Source: Candidatus Saccharimonadales bacterium (GTDB lineage: Bacteria; Patescibacteriota; Saccharimonadia; Saccharimonadales; 2-12-FULL-41-12). Taken from it: 60,765 nt of DNA. The stretch is from NCBI GenBank assembly GCA_036278875.1, contig DASUKF010000030.1, positions 1-60,765 of the forward strand. The letters run 5' to 3'. The notes below the pieces were generated by a model that saw only the letters and a list, made by a program, of their open reading frames with translations, did no database searches and was not told the origin of the DNA. Shown here piece by piece: positions 1 to 9,838 of the stretch; position 1 is the stretch's first letter; every line of letters starts with the position of its first letter. Made by a program: the position numbers and the translations under genes.

Positions 1-1190
1 GTTATGAAGGTATGGTCGTTGGCTTTGCCGGTGTTATCCTCTATGCCTACGACCTGCTCCGGATGAATTAGTGATACCTTGGGCTTGCGAGTGAATGGAA
101 GCTGGCCGTACCAGTTGGTCTGCTCCAGAGCGTCTATAAGCTTGCCCAGAGATGCGCCGCCGCCGCAGAGAAGTATCTGGTGGGGTAGATTCTCCAGCTG
201 GTTGTAGTCGGAAAGCGCCAGCTCCACTCCGGAAAGCCACACATCGCAGGTCTTGTCCAGGCTCTCGCTGATTGATGCATGCTGGTTAAGATCTTCTTCG
301 GCTCTTTCGGAGAAGTCCAGCTTGAGCTTTTCGGCAACATCGAATTCCACCCCCAAATCCCTCTCTATGGAACGGGTATAGGCGCGGCCGCCGATACCGA
401 ACATCTTGGTACCCTGCACGCCGCCCTCATTGATGATAGCTATATCGGTGGTACCACCGCCGACGTCCATGAGAATAGCGTTCATACTGGCATTGTTGTT
501 GTCGCCGATAACCGAACGCGCTACGGCGAAAGGCTCGGCGGCCACGGCCAGGAGGTCCAGGTCCAGCTCGCCTGTTACCCTTTCCAGGGCGGCTATATGT
601 ATCATCGGCGCGAACGCCGTATAAAGCTGTACCAGGATATCCCGGCCCTTGAAGCCTATGGGGTTGGTGACGTTATAGCCATCGATACTGATACTGACCA
701 GGGCGCTGTTCACCAAACGTACGTCGATATGCTGGCTGCCCAGCTCCCACTCCAGATTTTTGCGGGCCTGTTTTTCTGCACGTTCCTGGACCAGTTCGAT
801 TATGTGCTCCATCTCGGCGACGTCCAGCTCAAGGTTCGGGTCCTTGCGGGTGCATCTTATAGTAGTGGTCGTACCTTTGACAAGCTCGCCGGCTATACCG
901 ACAACGGCCGTGCGCACGCTTATCTGAGCCTGCTCCTCGGCTATAGCCAGAGCACGGTTGCAATTCTCGACCACGCTGCCAATATCAGCAACTGCCCCTG
1001 CCTGCATATCGGTGAGCTTCTGATGAGCCCGGCCGACACCGACTATCTGGACATTGTCTTCATTTATCCTGCCGATAAGAGCCTTCACATTCTCCGTGCC
1101 GACATCCAGCGCGACTATGTATTGCGATGCATTGGATTGTCTTTTCTTTGCCGCCGCGGAGTCCTTGAGGCTTTTTATTTTCCGGAGCAT
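1..1190 (-). CDS. ftsA: Cell division protein FtsA (actin-fold ATPase); 3' end runs off the window
   Basis: Absent from the ORF track because no stop lies inside the window. Reverse-complement translation from ATG at 1190-1188 gives MLRKIKSLKDSAAAKKRQSNASQYIVALDVGTENVKALIGRINEDNVQIVGVG ... AILMDVGGGTTDIAIINEGG ... QILLCGGGASLGKL and stays open to position 1 (about 396 codons). ALDVGT and DVGGGTTD match actin-fold phosphate-binding motifs of FtsA. The listed + ORF 279..1214 is its antisense shadow. Confidence 0.85.
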   Translation of the reverse strand, partial: MLRKIKSLKDSAAAKKRQSNASQYIVALDVGTENVKALIGRINEDNVQIVGVGRAHQKLTDMQAGAVADIGSVVENCNRALAIAEEQAQISVRTAVVGIAGELVKGTTTTIRCTRKDPNLELDVAEMEHIIELVQERAEKQARKNLEWELGSQHIDVRLVNSALVSISIDGYNVTNPIGFKGRDILVQLYTAFAPMIHIAALERVTGELDLDLLAVAAEPFAVARSVIGDNNNASMNAILMDVGGGTTDIAIINEGGVQGTKMFGIGGRAYTRSIERDLGVEFDVAEKLKLDFSERAEEDLNQHASISESLDKTCDVWLSGVELALSDYNQLENLPHQILLCGGGASLGKLIDALEQTNWYGQLPFTRKPKVSLIHPEQVVGIEDNTGKANDHTFI

Positions 1191-1245
1191 AAGCGTGTCT
1201 ATTATAGCATGTAAGCTATGTGTCTAACAGATAAGGCCAGTGTAT

Positions 1246-1677
1246 TTACAGATGAAGATTGATATCCGTCAGATTGGACTGCGGGAAATCATTATCATCG
1301 TTAAGACTGGTAATGTCGGATGAGATGGAATTATTGGCGTTCTCTATATCAAGTGCCGTAGGCTCGTTCAGTATACCGCCGGACTGGTTGTTCTGGTTGT
1401 TATTACTGTCCGGTTTGCCGCCTCCGGAAGAAAGAATGACTACGATTATAAGTATAAGGATAATGGCTCCTACGCCTGCGGCCGCTACTATGATTATCCT
1501 TTTCTTCTTTTCCGGATCGTCGTTGCCGCCTGATAAAGGCGCAGTATTCTGAGCAGGCTGGGCCGAAGGCTGCGGCGGCGGCTCCGGTCTGCCCGGCTGG
1601 ACGGTAGGCTGGAACATGTCTTCCGGTTTTATTATCCGGGGTTCATTCGGGTTGTTAGGCTGTTCGTTCGGGTCCAT
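1246..1677 (-). CDS. Hypothetical single-pass membrane protein (Pro/Gln-rich N-terminus)
   Basis: 143-aa ORF with one hydrophobic span (IIIVAAAGVGAIILILIIVVIL), a Pro-rich cytoplasmic head and an Asn/Ser-rich tail. No recognisable domain. Lies directly upstream of ftsA. Confidence 0.55.
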   Translation of the reverse strand: MDPNEQPNNPNEPRIIKPEDMFQPTVQPGRPEPPPQPSAQPAQNTAPLSGGNDDPEKKKRIIIVAAAGVGAIILILIIVVILSSGGGKPDSNNNQNNQSGGILNEPTALDIENANNSISSDITSLNDDNDFPQSNLTDINLHL

Positions 1678-1678
1678 A

Positions 1679-2332
1679 TTATTGCTCCACCGTTCCGACT
1701 TTCAAATCGTTCGCATGCTGGGTTATCGTCGGGCTCAGGGTATTAACCACCTGGTTCCTTATATCTTTGAAAGACTGCCGTATCTGCGCATTATACAGAC
1801 GGGATGTTTCTATGAGCGCCATGAACCCGTTAGGATCGGCCTGGCAGTTCATAGCCGTTATATCGCTTACCGTCTGCTTGAACTGACCCGCCTGGTTGTC
1901 GAACTTCTGCACCAGTTTGTCATAAGCCAGCTTTTGCTGTTCCAGCTTGAAGGTATCCTTATTCACCAGTTTAAGACTGCCGACGATTATCCACAGCTTG
2001 GCATCTATGGTTCCGTATACCTTGTCCCTGTTATCGGTCATGGACGAGTAGCTGTCGCTAAGGCTTCTGAATACGCCCTGGGTGCCGGTACAAGTGCTCT
2101 GAATACGCAGCCTGTTAGTCTTATCAAGCCTGGTGCCGCGCTCTTGCTTGCGCTGAGCTATACGCTGATTAAGCGTGCTTCCCGGCGGCGTATTTTTCGG
2201 AGGAACAGCTGCCGCGTCCGTATGGCTTCTATACGCTACCGCGGCGAATATCAACAACACGAAAGCAAGTGTGTAAGCTATATTTATCTTCGACAGTTTG
2301 AACGACATGATAACTGGATAATATTTTACCAT
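1679..2332 (-). CDS. Hypothetical N-terminally anchored membrane/secreted protein
   Basis: 217-aa ORF with an N-terminal hydrophobic anchor (INIAYTLAFVLLIFAAVAY) followed by a helical Q/K-rich domain. An alternative ATG lies at 2308. The position upstream of ftsA would suit an FtsQ/DivIB-like role, but I recognised no POTRA motif. Confidence 0.55.
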   Translation of the reverse strand: MVKYYPVIMSFKLSKINIAYTLAFVLLIFAAVAYRSHTDAAAVPPKNTPPGSTLNQRIAQRKQERGTRLDKTNRLRIQSTCTGTQGVFRSLSDSYSSMTDNRDKVYGTIDAKLWIIVGSLKLVNKDTFKLEQQKLAYDKLVQKFDNQAGQFKQTVSDITAMNCQADPNGFMALIETSRLYNAQIRQSFKDIRNQVVNTLSPTITQHANDLKVGTVEQ

Positions 2333-2365
2333 AACCGGTTCGTCAACCTATCCGTTCTATAAGTA

Positions 2366-2394
2366 TTGATTTAATTTTAAAAATATATTATGAT
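2366..2394 (+). promoter_or_regulatory. Sigma70-like promoter candidate for the 2421 gene
   Basis: TTGATT (2366-2371), 17-nt AT-rich spacer, TATGAT (2389-2394). AAGGAG Shine-Dalgarno at 2407-2412, 8 nt before ATG 2421. Confidence 0.4.
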
Positions 2395-2420
2395 ATTAAA
2401 TCTATCAAGGAGTTTTCTTT

Positions 2421-2858
2421 ATGTCTAAAGGTCCGGAATTTTCGATTGCCGCGAAAGTTGCAGAACACGAGACCAGCTTGCAGGTAACACCGTCAATGGG
2501 CATGCTTGTAGACCAAGCTTATGCATCGATTATGCGGGAAGTGGTGGAACAGGGCCTGCCGGAATGGTGCGCCGAGCCCAAGCATATATGGGAAGAAAGG
2601 TTAGGTCCCGGGGAAACCAGAACGACTATAGAGTTCGCAAATTCCACGCATTTCGGCTCGTTCCGCGAAATTTACGCCGGCAACGGACTGAGAATCCTAA
2701 GGGACATGCTTGAAGATGACGGTGCGTCCGTCAGCCTGGATGAGAAAGCCGAAGAACTTATAGACGGCAAACCGGGACAGCGGGAAATAGCGGAAAAACC
2801 GACTAGCGCAGAAGACGAACCGGAACCGGCCGCCGAATCTGAGCCGGAATCAGAATAA
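2421..2858 (+). CDS. Hypothetical acidic cytoplasmic protein
   Basis: 145-aa ORF with a strong SD and promoter-like element upstream. Glu/Pro-rich acidic tail (SAEDEPEPAAESEPESE). No recognisable domain. Confidence 0.6.
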   Translation: MSKGPEFSIAAKVAEHETSLQVTPSMGMLVDQAYASIMREVVEQGLPEWCAEPKHIWEERLGPGETRTTIEFANSTHFGSFREIYAGNGLRILRDMLEDDGASVSLDEKAEELIDGKPGQREIAEKPTSAEDEPEPAAESEPESE

Positions 2859-4748
2859 TTATTTTATCAGGACGCCTTTTATGCGGCGCACCCCTGCAGA
2901 GCTGGCCTCTTCTTTGGTGATTTTGAACTTTTTGCCGCTTTCGCTCAAAATTCCGGTGTGTTCCACGTGCGGGCCGCCGCAAATCTCTATGCTGAAGGGT
3001 TTCTTGCCCGGCTCGCCCATAATATAGACTTTTACCTTATCGCCGTATTTGTCGCCGAAAGCACCTTTCGCACCCATCTTGAAGGCTTCTTCCGTGGGGT
3101 GCTCCTCCCAGTGCACTTTCAAGTCTTTTTCAATCTGCGCGTTAACGATTTTCTCAACTTCATCCAGCTTGTCGCGCGGAACTTTTTCTGGATGCGAAAA
3201 GTCAAAACGCGTGCGTTCGGCGCTGACATTGCTACCGCGCTGTACGACATGGTCGCCCAGAACCTGTCTGAGCGCTTCATACATCAAGTGTGTTGCGGTA
3301 TGAAGCTTTTTGGTTTCGTCCGAATGGTCGACCAGACCGCCCTTGAACACGCCCTTCGTGGCCGTCTGGCTGCGTTTTCTTTGCTCTTCCATAAGTTTTT
3401 CAAATTCTTTATCGGCATCAGTACTAATTTTTATATCGTTTTTAAAAGCCTCTTCTTTGCTTAGCTCCACCGGAAAACCGTAGGTATCATAAAGTCGGAA
3501 GATAATTTCACCAGACAAGGTGTTTTTTGATGCTTGGGTCGCCTTTTCGAACTGCCTGATACCGCTTCGAAGAGTCTGACGAAAGATTTTTTCTTCTTTT
3601 ACAAGCGTTTCTATCACCTGTTTCTCGGATTTTGCTACTTCGGGAAAATCATTTTTGTACAAGTCTACGATGACCGGCGTAATCTGCTCGCACAGGCCCT
3701 GTTCTATGCCCAAATCAAACGCATAGCGGACAGCCCGCCGGATAAGCCGGCGTGCTACATAACCCTGCTCCTTGTTGCTGGGAGCAACGCCGTCCACGGC
3801 CAAAAAGACCACGCCGCGTAAATGGTCGGCTATTACACGCATGCTGGCCGTATCTTGCTCGTATTTCTTGCCTGATAACTCCTCTAATTTCTCAATTATC
3901 GGCCACAGCAGGCTTATTTTGAACACATCCGGACTGCCTATAGCCGCGGCCGCGATACGCTCCAAGCCGCCGCCGAAGTCGACGTTCTTTTTCTTTAGCG
4001 GCTTAAAGCCGCTTTCGGTGTGCAGATACTGCATGAAAACCTGGTTGCCGATTTCCATGAATCTGCCGGAATCGCTGGCCGGGTGCGGCTTGCCATAGCT
4101 TTCATCATGCGCATCTTCGCCAAAATCGTAAAACACTTCGCTGTCCGGACCGCAGGGGTCGCCGACGGGCGTGGTGTCCAGGCCGCCGCCGCGGCTCCAC
4201 CAGTTTTCGGCGTCGTCATAATAAAATATCCGGCCGCCTTGCATGCCTTTTTTGTCGCCGTCCTTTTGGCTGCCGATAGCTACGATTTTAGCGTCTATGC
4301 CTTTCTGTTTAAAAACATCCTGCCAGATTTTGGCTGTTTCCTCGTCCCTGGCTATATTGTGTTTTTCACTCCCGATGAAACAGCTGACATAAAGTTTGTT
4401 CGCATCCAGGCCGACCTCTTCGGTCAAGAATTCAAAGAACCATTCTATCTGTTCTTTTTTGAAATAATCGCCCAGACTCCAGTTGCCTAGCATCTCAAAA
4501 AATGTAGTGTGGCGATTGTCGCCTACTTCCTCTATGTCCTGGGCGCGCAGACAGGTCTGGGAATCCACCAGGCGGACGCCTTCAGGGTGCTCTTCCCCCA
4601 GTAAATAGGGTATCAGCGGCTGCATACCGGAACCGGTAAAAAGCGTTGTCGGGTCGTCCTGCGGCACTAATTGAGCCCGTGGAATCGATACATGCTTCTG
4701 CCCAATAAAAAAATCAATATAGGCTTTGCGTATTTCCTGTGCTGTCAT
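2859..4748 (-). CDS. alaS: Alanine--tRNA ligase, short form (no C-Ala domain)
   Basis: N-terminus MTAQEIRKAYIDFFIGQKHVSIPRAQLVPQDDPTTLFTGSGMQP matches the class II AlaRS signature. Editing-domain motifs HTATHLM and CGGPHV are present. At 629 aa it is about 250 aa shorter than E. coli AlaRS. Confidence 0.93.
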   Translation of the reverse strand: MTAQEIRKAYIDFFIGQKHVSIPRAQLVPQDDPTTLFTGSGMQPLIPYLLGEEHPEGVRLVDSQTCLRAQDIEEVGDNRHTTFFEMLGNWSLGDYFKKEQIEWFFEFLTEEVGLDANKLYVSCFIGSEKHNIARDEETAKIWQDVFKQKGIDAKIVAIGSQKDGDKKGMQGGRIFYYDDAENWWSRGGGLDTTPVGDPCGPDSEVFYDFGEDAHDESYGKPHPASDSGRFMEIGNQVFMQYLHTESGFKPLKKKNVDFGGGLERIAAAAIGSPDVFKISLLWPIIEKLEELSGKKYEQDTASMRVIADHLRGVVFLAVDGVAPSNKEQGYVARRLIRRAVRYAFDLGIEQGLCEQITPVIVDLYKNDFPEVAKSEKQVIETLVKEEKIFRQTLRSGIRQFEKATQASKNTLSGEIIFRLYDTYGFPVELSKEEAFKNDIKISTDADKEFEKLMEEQRKRSQTATKGVFKGGLVDHSDETKKLHTATHLMYEALRQVLGDHVVQRGSNVSAERTRFDFSHPEKVPRDKLDEVEKIVNAQIEKDLKVHWEEHPTEEAFKMGAKGAFGDKYGDKVKVYIMGEPGKKPFSIEICGGPHVEHTGILSESGKKFKITKEEASSAGVRRIKGVLIK

Positions 4749-4803
4749 CTGAATAATTGTATCACTAACTCACGGTGTTGATTTTGTAATGGTACGGTGT
4801 AAT

Positions 4804-5679
4804 TTAAACCGGTTCGCCCGCGGGTTCGCTTTCTGTGTAGTTCTCTACGGCTGCCTCTAGCGGAACCAGGTACGCTACCAAATCGCGCCAATCCTCCTGC
4901 AGGACGGTACCTGCCGCGGAACCGGCTTTCATTTTGCCTGCCGGACACCCCCGCTCCTCACCGTCACTGCGCTCGATGTTCCTTTTGATCATATCCTGGG
5001 TCCTTGGAGCAAACCTTACTTTCGCGCCGCCTTCTCCTTGACTGAGCCTAAGGTTCCCGGTATGCACGTACGGCATTCCGGCATTTCTATGGACCGTTTC
5101 CAAAGCCCCTTCTTTAACGGCTGACATTTTCAGTAAACCGTAGCTTCCCTGGATAATTCCCAGATGGCTATCCTCGGGGACTTCTTGTTCCCTTAGAAGC
5201 TTGGTCGCGCCGCCAGCTAAGATGCTGGCGTCTAAAAACGCCGCCTGGGCTAAACTTGAAGCACTATCGGTATCACCGGCATCAAGATGGTTGCCGGCTA
5301 CGGTCGGCATACCCGCGGCCTTATACCCCCGGGTGAAAATTGAATTTTCGTTCGCGATCTCTGCCAAATGCCCGACAACGAAGTTAGCGGCTCTTTGCCG
5401 GTCTTCTACCTCGGCCGGCAATTGCCCCTTGACTTCTGCTTGGGCCAATAAGTCCAAGCCTGTCTTCAATAGAAACCGTACGGCAGGCACGTAATAGACA
5501 CTGCCGTCTTGTTTGCCGCCTTCTTTTTCAAAGATTTTGCGCGCACTGGCAAAAGTGTCCGCGTAATCACCGGTTTTACTGACTGCAAAAGCCTCGGTAT
5601 GAGCAACTATGATATCTGCCGAAGCTTCGGCAGGCAGTGTCAACTTTAAATCTTCGTTAAACAAAACGATTTCACTCAT
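4804..5679 (-). CDS. Hypothetical protein
   Basis: 291-aa ORF with no TM segments and no motif I recognise. Co-directional with alaS and mnmA. Confidence 0.55.
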   Translation of the reverse strand: MSEIVLFNEDLKLTLPAEASADIIVAHTEAFAVSKTGDYADTFASARKIFEKEGGKQDGSVYYVPAVRFLLKTGLDLLAQAEVKGQLPAEVEDRQRAANFVVGHLAEIANENSIFTRGYKAAGMPTVAGNHLDAGDTDSASSLAQAAFLDASILAGGATKLLREQEVPEDSHLGIIQGSYGLLKMSAVKEGALETVHRNAGMPYVHTGNLRLSQGEGGAKVRFAPRTQDMIKRNIERSDGEERGCPAGKMKAGSAAGTVLQEDWRDLVAYLVPLEAAVENYTESEPAGEPV

Positions 5680-5722
5680 AATCTAATGTTTATTATACAA
5701 GAATTATAAGATTTTATCAAAT

Positions 5723-6754
5723 CTAACTGATTACGGCACCGCCGAGGACACGGTCGCCGTCATATAATACGGCGGATTGGCCGGCGGAAACGGCTCTCTG
5801 CTCTTCACCTAGAACAAGCTTGCCGGCATCAAGCCTGCAGCTTACAAGCGGACCGCGGTAGCGCAAACGGGCCTGGTATCCCTTGTTTTTATCCGGCGGC
5901 TCGTTTATCCAGTGCAAATCCGTAAGAACTATCTCTTTTGACCACAGGTCTTTGTCGGATAAGTCCGTAGTCACATAAACCGTGTTGGTTTTCATGTCTT
6001 TTTTGGTTACGTAATACGGCAGACCGCCGCCGACATTCAGGCCGTGCCGCTGGCCGATAGTATAGAAAATCGCGCCCTCATGTTCGCCTATCTCTTTGCC
6101 CTCCTGGTCTATTATCGGGCCCGGTTTTGCCTTCACATATTGGCTTAGGAATTCCTTTATGCCGACTTTGCCGACAAAACATATGCCCTGGCTGTCTTTT
6201 TTTCCGGCTGTCGGCAGACCGTATTTGCGTGCCAGCGCGCGGACCTCGTCCTTAGTCTGAAATTCGCCTATTGGAAAAAGTGTTTTTTGGAGCGCATCTT
6301 CCGTGACACGGTAAAGGAAATATGTCTGGTCCTTCGACTTATTCTTGGCCGTAAGTAGCTTACCCTGCTCTGTCCTTGAATAATGCCCCGTGGCTATCAG
6401 GTCCGCACCGTTTTCAAGCGCCGTATCCAGAAACAGCTTGAACTTTATCTCCTGGTTGCACATGATATCCGGGTTCGGAGTACGTCCGGCCCTGTATTCG
6501 TCAATCATGTAGTCGACCACTTTTTGCTTGTATTCTTTCTCAAAATCAAAGATAAGCAGGTCTATACCCAGGCGTACGGCTACCCTTTTGGCATCCTGGT
6601 AATCTTCCTTCCACGGACACTCAAAGCCGGGTATATCGCGCGTCCAGTTCTTCATATAAACCCCGGTAACGTCGTAACCCTTATTCTTTAGGAGCGCTGC
6701 CGTAACAGAACTGTCTACACCGCCGCTCATCCCTACAAAAATTTTCTTAGACAT
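5723..6754 (-). CDS. mnmA: tRNA-specific 2-thiouridylase MnmA
   Basis: PP-loop motif GMSGGVDSSV at the N-terminus. Length 343 aa, and the conserved ICFVG / GQRHGL segments are typical of MnmA. Confidence 0.92.
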   Translation of the reverse strand: MSKKIFVGMSGGVDSSVTAALLKNKGYDVTGVYMKNWTRDIPGFECPWKEDYQDAKRVAVRLGIDLLIFDFEKEYKQKVVDYMIDEYRAGRTPNPDIMCNQEIKFKLFLDTALENGADLIATGHYSRTEQGKLLTAKNKSKDQTYFLYRVTEDALQKTLFPIGEFQTKDEVRALARKYGLPTAGKKDSQGICFVGKVGIKEFLSQYVKAKPGPIIDQEGKEIGEHEGAIFYTIGQRHGLNVGGGLPYYVTKKDMKTNTVYVTTDLSDKDLWSKEIVLTDLHWINEPPDKNKGYQARLRYRGPLVSCRLDAGKLVLGEEQRAVSAGQSAVLYDGDRVLGGAVIS

Positions 6755-6789
6755 AGGGTATTTATTATCTGATGAGAGGAGAAATATGT

Positions 6790-7662
6790 CTAGCTGTCAA
6801 ACTTGCGGCGCAGAGAGAATATCTCATGTTTCCTACCAAGCCAGAAGGCCACTAATATAAGGGGTATAAGTAGCAGCGCCGGCCACCATATTACCTTGGT
6901 AACGGTCTTTGTAGGGATAGCGGCTGAAGAGCTCGCCCGGTCGGTAACTTCTCCATTGCCCACACCTACAAGCTGCAGGAAAGCGGTTTCTTTGTTCTTG
7001 TCGCTGGCCCTGATAAGCACATTGTATACGCCGGCGGATTTATATACATGCGAGATGTTGAACGTACCCGGAAACTCCTGGCTTATGATATCCGGCTGTG
7101 TTCCATCGCCCCAGTCCACGGTTATGGCATAGGGTCCGTTACCGCCGCTAAGTATGATGGGCCAGGTAAGCGTTTCGCCGGGATTCGCGCCCTTTTTCGC
7201 GAACGAACTGGACAATGATATCCGGTTGAGTCCCGAGAACTGTGAAACCGGGAACGTGACCGTTACTTTGTTGGAATCCGGACTTGACTGGCCAAGATCG
7301 TCATATTGCCTGGCAATCAGCTCATTTTTTCCGACGAACAGGTCTATCTGTATAGTGTAGCTCCCACCATTGCACACAGCCGAGCCCCCGAATACGCTGT
7401 TTTTAAATATCTTTACCAGTAAGCCGCTCTGGCATAGACCGGTCACTTTTACTGGAAGTTCTGTGAAGCTGGAACCGTTACCCGGAAAAGTTATGGTAGG
7501 CGCGTTTTTTGGCGGACCCCCCGGCACCTTGCCCTCTATTCCCAGGGGTTTTGAAGAAGTAGCCGCGAATACCGCAGGCGATAAGGATGCTATTAGCAAT
7601 ATCGCCCCGGCTATAAACAGCCCTATGTGTGATTTCCGGCTAAGAGAGAGTATGTTAGCCAC
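6790..7662 (-). CDS. Surface protein with PKD-like domain and C-terminal TM anchor
   Basis: Signal peptide (LFIAGAILLIASLSPAVFA). PKD-type motif ITVDWGDGT ... YKSAGVYNVLIRASD. C-terminal TM WWPALLLIPLILVAFWL plus a basic tail. Confidence 0.7.
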   Translation of the reverse strand: MANILSLSRKSHIGLFIAGAILLIASLSPAVFAATSSKPLGIEGKVPGGPPKNAPTITFPGNGSSFTELPVKVTGLCQSGLLVKIFKNSVFGGSAVCNGGSYTIQIDLFVGKNELIARQYDDLGQSSPDSNKVTVTFPVSQFSGLNRISLSSSFAKKGANPGETLTWPIILSGGNGPYAITVDWGDGTQPDIISQEFPGTFNISHVYKSAGVYNVLIRASDKNKETAFLQLVGVGNGEVTDRASSSAAIPTKTVTKVIWWPALLLIPLILVAFWLGRKHEIFSLRRKFDS

Positions 7663-7679
7663 GCCTCCACCTTTTGCAG

Positions 7680-8681
7680 TTATTTGCGGGATTTATATTT
7701 TTCCTCTTGGCCGCGGAGTCTCTTGTAGACGAAGAATATGGCTGTCAGTATTAGAATTACCACTAATAAGGCCAGTAAGCGCAGCCAGTTAGGTATTACC
7801 CAGAAATGTATCTCACTGACCAGCACGTCACCGCCCGTGCCGTAAGATATGCTCGCTACGGCGCTGTATCTGCCCGGGGAGGAGCCTATATTCTTTAAGC
7901 TGTCATGGAATATCCTAGTGCTGTCGGGCAATACGTTGCCGCGAGGGTCAGTATTGTTTACTTCATACTTATAAACTTCGTTGCCCTTGAAATCCTTAAT
8001 AGTGACCGTACCAAAAGGTTTAGCGAAGCTGTTGCCGGTATTCTTAAGCCCAAGCGCCAGAGAATCGGGCGATGATGAGAATATGCTGCCCGATTTGCCA
8101 CCTTTTTCGGCCTCGAAGGATATCAGCTGCAACTGTTCCTTGACATTTCCCGGGACGTTGACCAGGACTATATGGCCCAGGCTGGCCGTAAGGGTCACCT
8201 GCTTGCCGCTGTTATTGTCCTTGCCGCTAGATACCGGCTGGGCTATGAAGCGGATGACTCCGAAATAAGCTCCGGGTGGCTGGTCTGCAGGAACATTGAC
8301 CGGTATATTCAGCTTTTTGGACTCGCCGGACTTCATAGGTATGTCCGATATGGTCGATATGAAGTCCTTGATAGTATACGGGGACTTCTGGCTCTGATCG
8401 GTGATTATCTTGGGCGTTCCGGTATTGTTGTCCGATACGAAATCATCTATTTCGGGTTTGGCGATTATCTCTCCGCCGGTGACGTTCTTGAGCGTTATAG
8501 ATACGTTCTGGCTGGAACCGCGTTTTACATTCAGTTCCGTCCGGGTGGGAGATATCTGCAGTCCGCTGGCAGAACCGTTCTGATCCTGGGCAAAGCCTAT
8601 CTTGAATGATGCCAATAATAAGGCTGAAAATAGTAATACAAGCCCCAAAAAGATTCTTTTGGTTGAAATCGATATGTTCAT
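7680..8681 (-). CDS. DUF916/DUF3324-like (CscA-like) surface protein, C-terminally TM anchored
   Basis: 333 aa with a signal peptide. Two Ig-like halves (GLQISPTRTELNVKRGSSQNVSITLKN ... PPGAYFGVIRF; FGTVTIKDFKGNEVYKYEV ... PGRYSAVASISYG), then TM LLALLVVILILTAIFFVY and a basic tail. The family assignment is from remembered architecture, not a search. Confidence 0.5.
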   Translation of the reverse strand: MNISISTKRIFLGLVLLFSALLLASFKIGFAQDQNGSASGLQISPTRTELNVKRGSSQNVSITLKNVTGGEIIAKPEIDDFVSDNNTGTPKIITDQSQKSPYTIKDFISTISDIPMKSGESKKLNIPVNVPADQPPGAYFGVIRFIAQPVSSGKDNNSGKQVTLTASLGHIVLVNVPGNVKEQLQLISFEAEKGGKSGSIFSSSPDSLALGLKNTGNSFAKPFGTVTIKDFKGNEVYKYEVNNTDPRGNVLPDSTRIFHDSLKNIGSSPGRYSAVASISYGTGGDVLVSEIHFWVIPNWLRLLALLVVILILTAIFFVYKRLRGQEEKYKSRK

Positions 8682-8726
8682 TTTTTCTCCCTTTTGGATA
8701 ATTCTAGCATAATAATTATAAGCAAA

Positions 8727-9776
8727 CTAGAAGCTCGCTACGGCCGTATAGGTGAGGGTCGTGGAGTAAACGCCGAGAGGCTGGTCCGGACTAATATTTA
8801 TTATGTAGCTCACGGTCATGCGGTTGAACTCGGTAGCCATAGACGACGAGGATATGATTTCGCCCGGCTCAAACTTGAACAGATTCGGAGAATTATAAGC
8901 CGAAGCGGCGGCTAGAGTACCGGAACCCTCTCTGTTATGCCCTACATCAGGGCTGGAATTGTTCCTAAGATTTATACCGAATTGTTCGATGCCGGTGCGA
9001 GACTGGCTTTTTGAAACAAGCCTGTTTATGGTGTTATTGCCGGAGGTCAAAGTGGTCCCCAGTACCGATACGTTATAGCCGGTATTATCATTGGTAGCTC
9101 CGGCGAATTGAGTCGTTGCAAAAGATGTTCTGCCGGAGCTGAAATCGCCCAGGTTTATGCTAACGCCTGAAGCGGACTGGCATTGCAGACCCACCGTTAC
9201 ACCGGCACAAAATGTAAGATAAGGCGGTACAAATACGTTCACACCCAGCGAAGGCACGATACTGAAAGCGGCTACTCCGTTGTCGACATATACGCCGGTG
9301 GCATCAATATTAGAATAGGTGCTTATTCTCATATAAGTAGTGTGGTTAGGCGTATCCGGATTAACTATATTGCCGAAATCATAGCTGACCGTACCGGACG
9401 CGGCCAATGCTACGGGCCGGGTTATGACTATGCGGTTGGAAACCGTATTAGGATGGATGCTGAAACCGGTTTCACCGGTCTGTGAAATAATCGTAGCTCC
9501 GGAAGCGTCTATGCCGCTGGGGGCTACACAAGGCACATCAAAGAGCGGCGACTCGCAATATTCGAAGGCTATAGACCCCAGGGAGCCTGCCGTAGTCAGG
9601 TTAAACTGGAACTTATGATCCGTAGTGGCGCCGGCCTTGACACTGCCCAGTATTATGGAGCGGTTAGTCAGACTGGCGGCTTGCGTCGGAAGATAGAATA
9701 CGTACTGGATCAGCAGCAGCACCGAAGCCAGCAGTAAGAGTCCCTTGCCTGCGTATCTCTTACTTTCTTCTGCCAT
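8727..9776 (-). CDS. Secreted beta-rich surface protein, paralog 1 of 3
   Basis: 349 aa with a signal peptide ending TQA/AS. Shares LTxRS, (Y/F)xRI(S/T)TYS, EQFGINL and the C-terminal strand GVYSTTLTYTAVASF with the 9839 and 11919 genes. Confidence 0.65.
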   Translation of the reverse strand: MAEESKRYAGKGLLLLASVLLLIQYVFYLPTQAASLTNRSIILGSVKAGATTDHKFQFNLTTAGSLGSIAFEYCESPLFDVPCVAPSGIDASGATIISQTGETGFSIHPNTVSNRIVITRPVALAASGTVSYDFGNIVNPDTPNHTTYMRISTYSNIDATGVYVDNGVAAFSIVPSLGVNVFVPPYLTFCAGVTVGLQCQSASGVSINLGDFSSGRTSFATTQFAGATNDNTGYNVSVLGTTLTSGNNTINRLVSKSQSRTGIEQFGINLRNNSSPDVGHNREGSGTLAAASAYNSPNLFKFEPGEIISSSSMATEFNRMTVSYIINISPDQPLGVYSTTLTYTAVASF

Positions 9777-9838
9777 ATTGATTTATTGTAAGCTAAAGAA
9801 GTATAGGATTGCTACTACAGTAAGCCCGGACCGGTGAT

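Noticed and set aside
279-1214. 311-aa + strand ORF, the longest listed ORF at the 5' end of the window
   Set aside because: The sequence is low-information and has no motifs. The opposite strand encodes a clean FtsA with actin-fold motifs that is open to the window edge, so this ORF is its antisense shadow.
1616-2362. 248-aa + strand ORF
   Set aside because: It is fully antisense to the 1246 and 1679 minus-strand genes, which have signal/TM features and fit the operon direction. It has no motifs.
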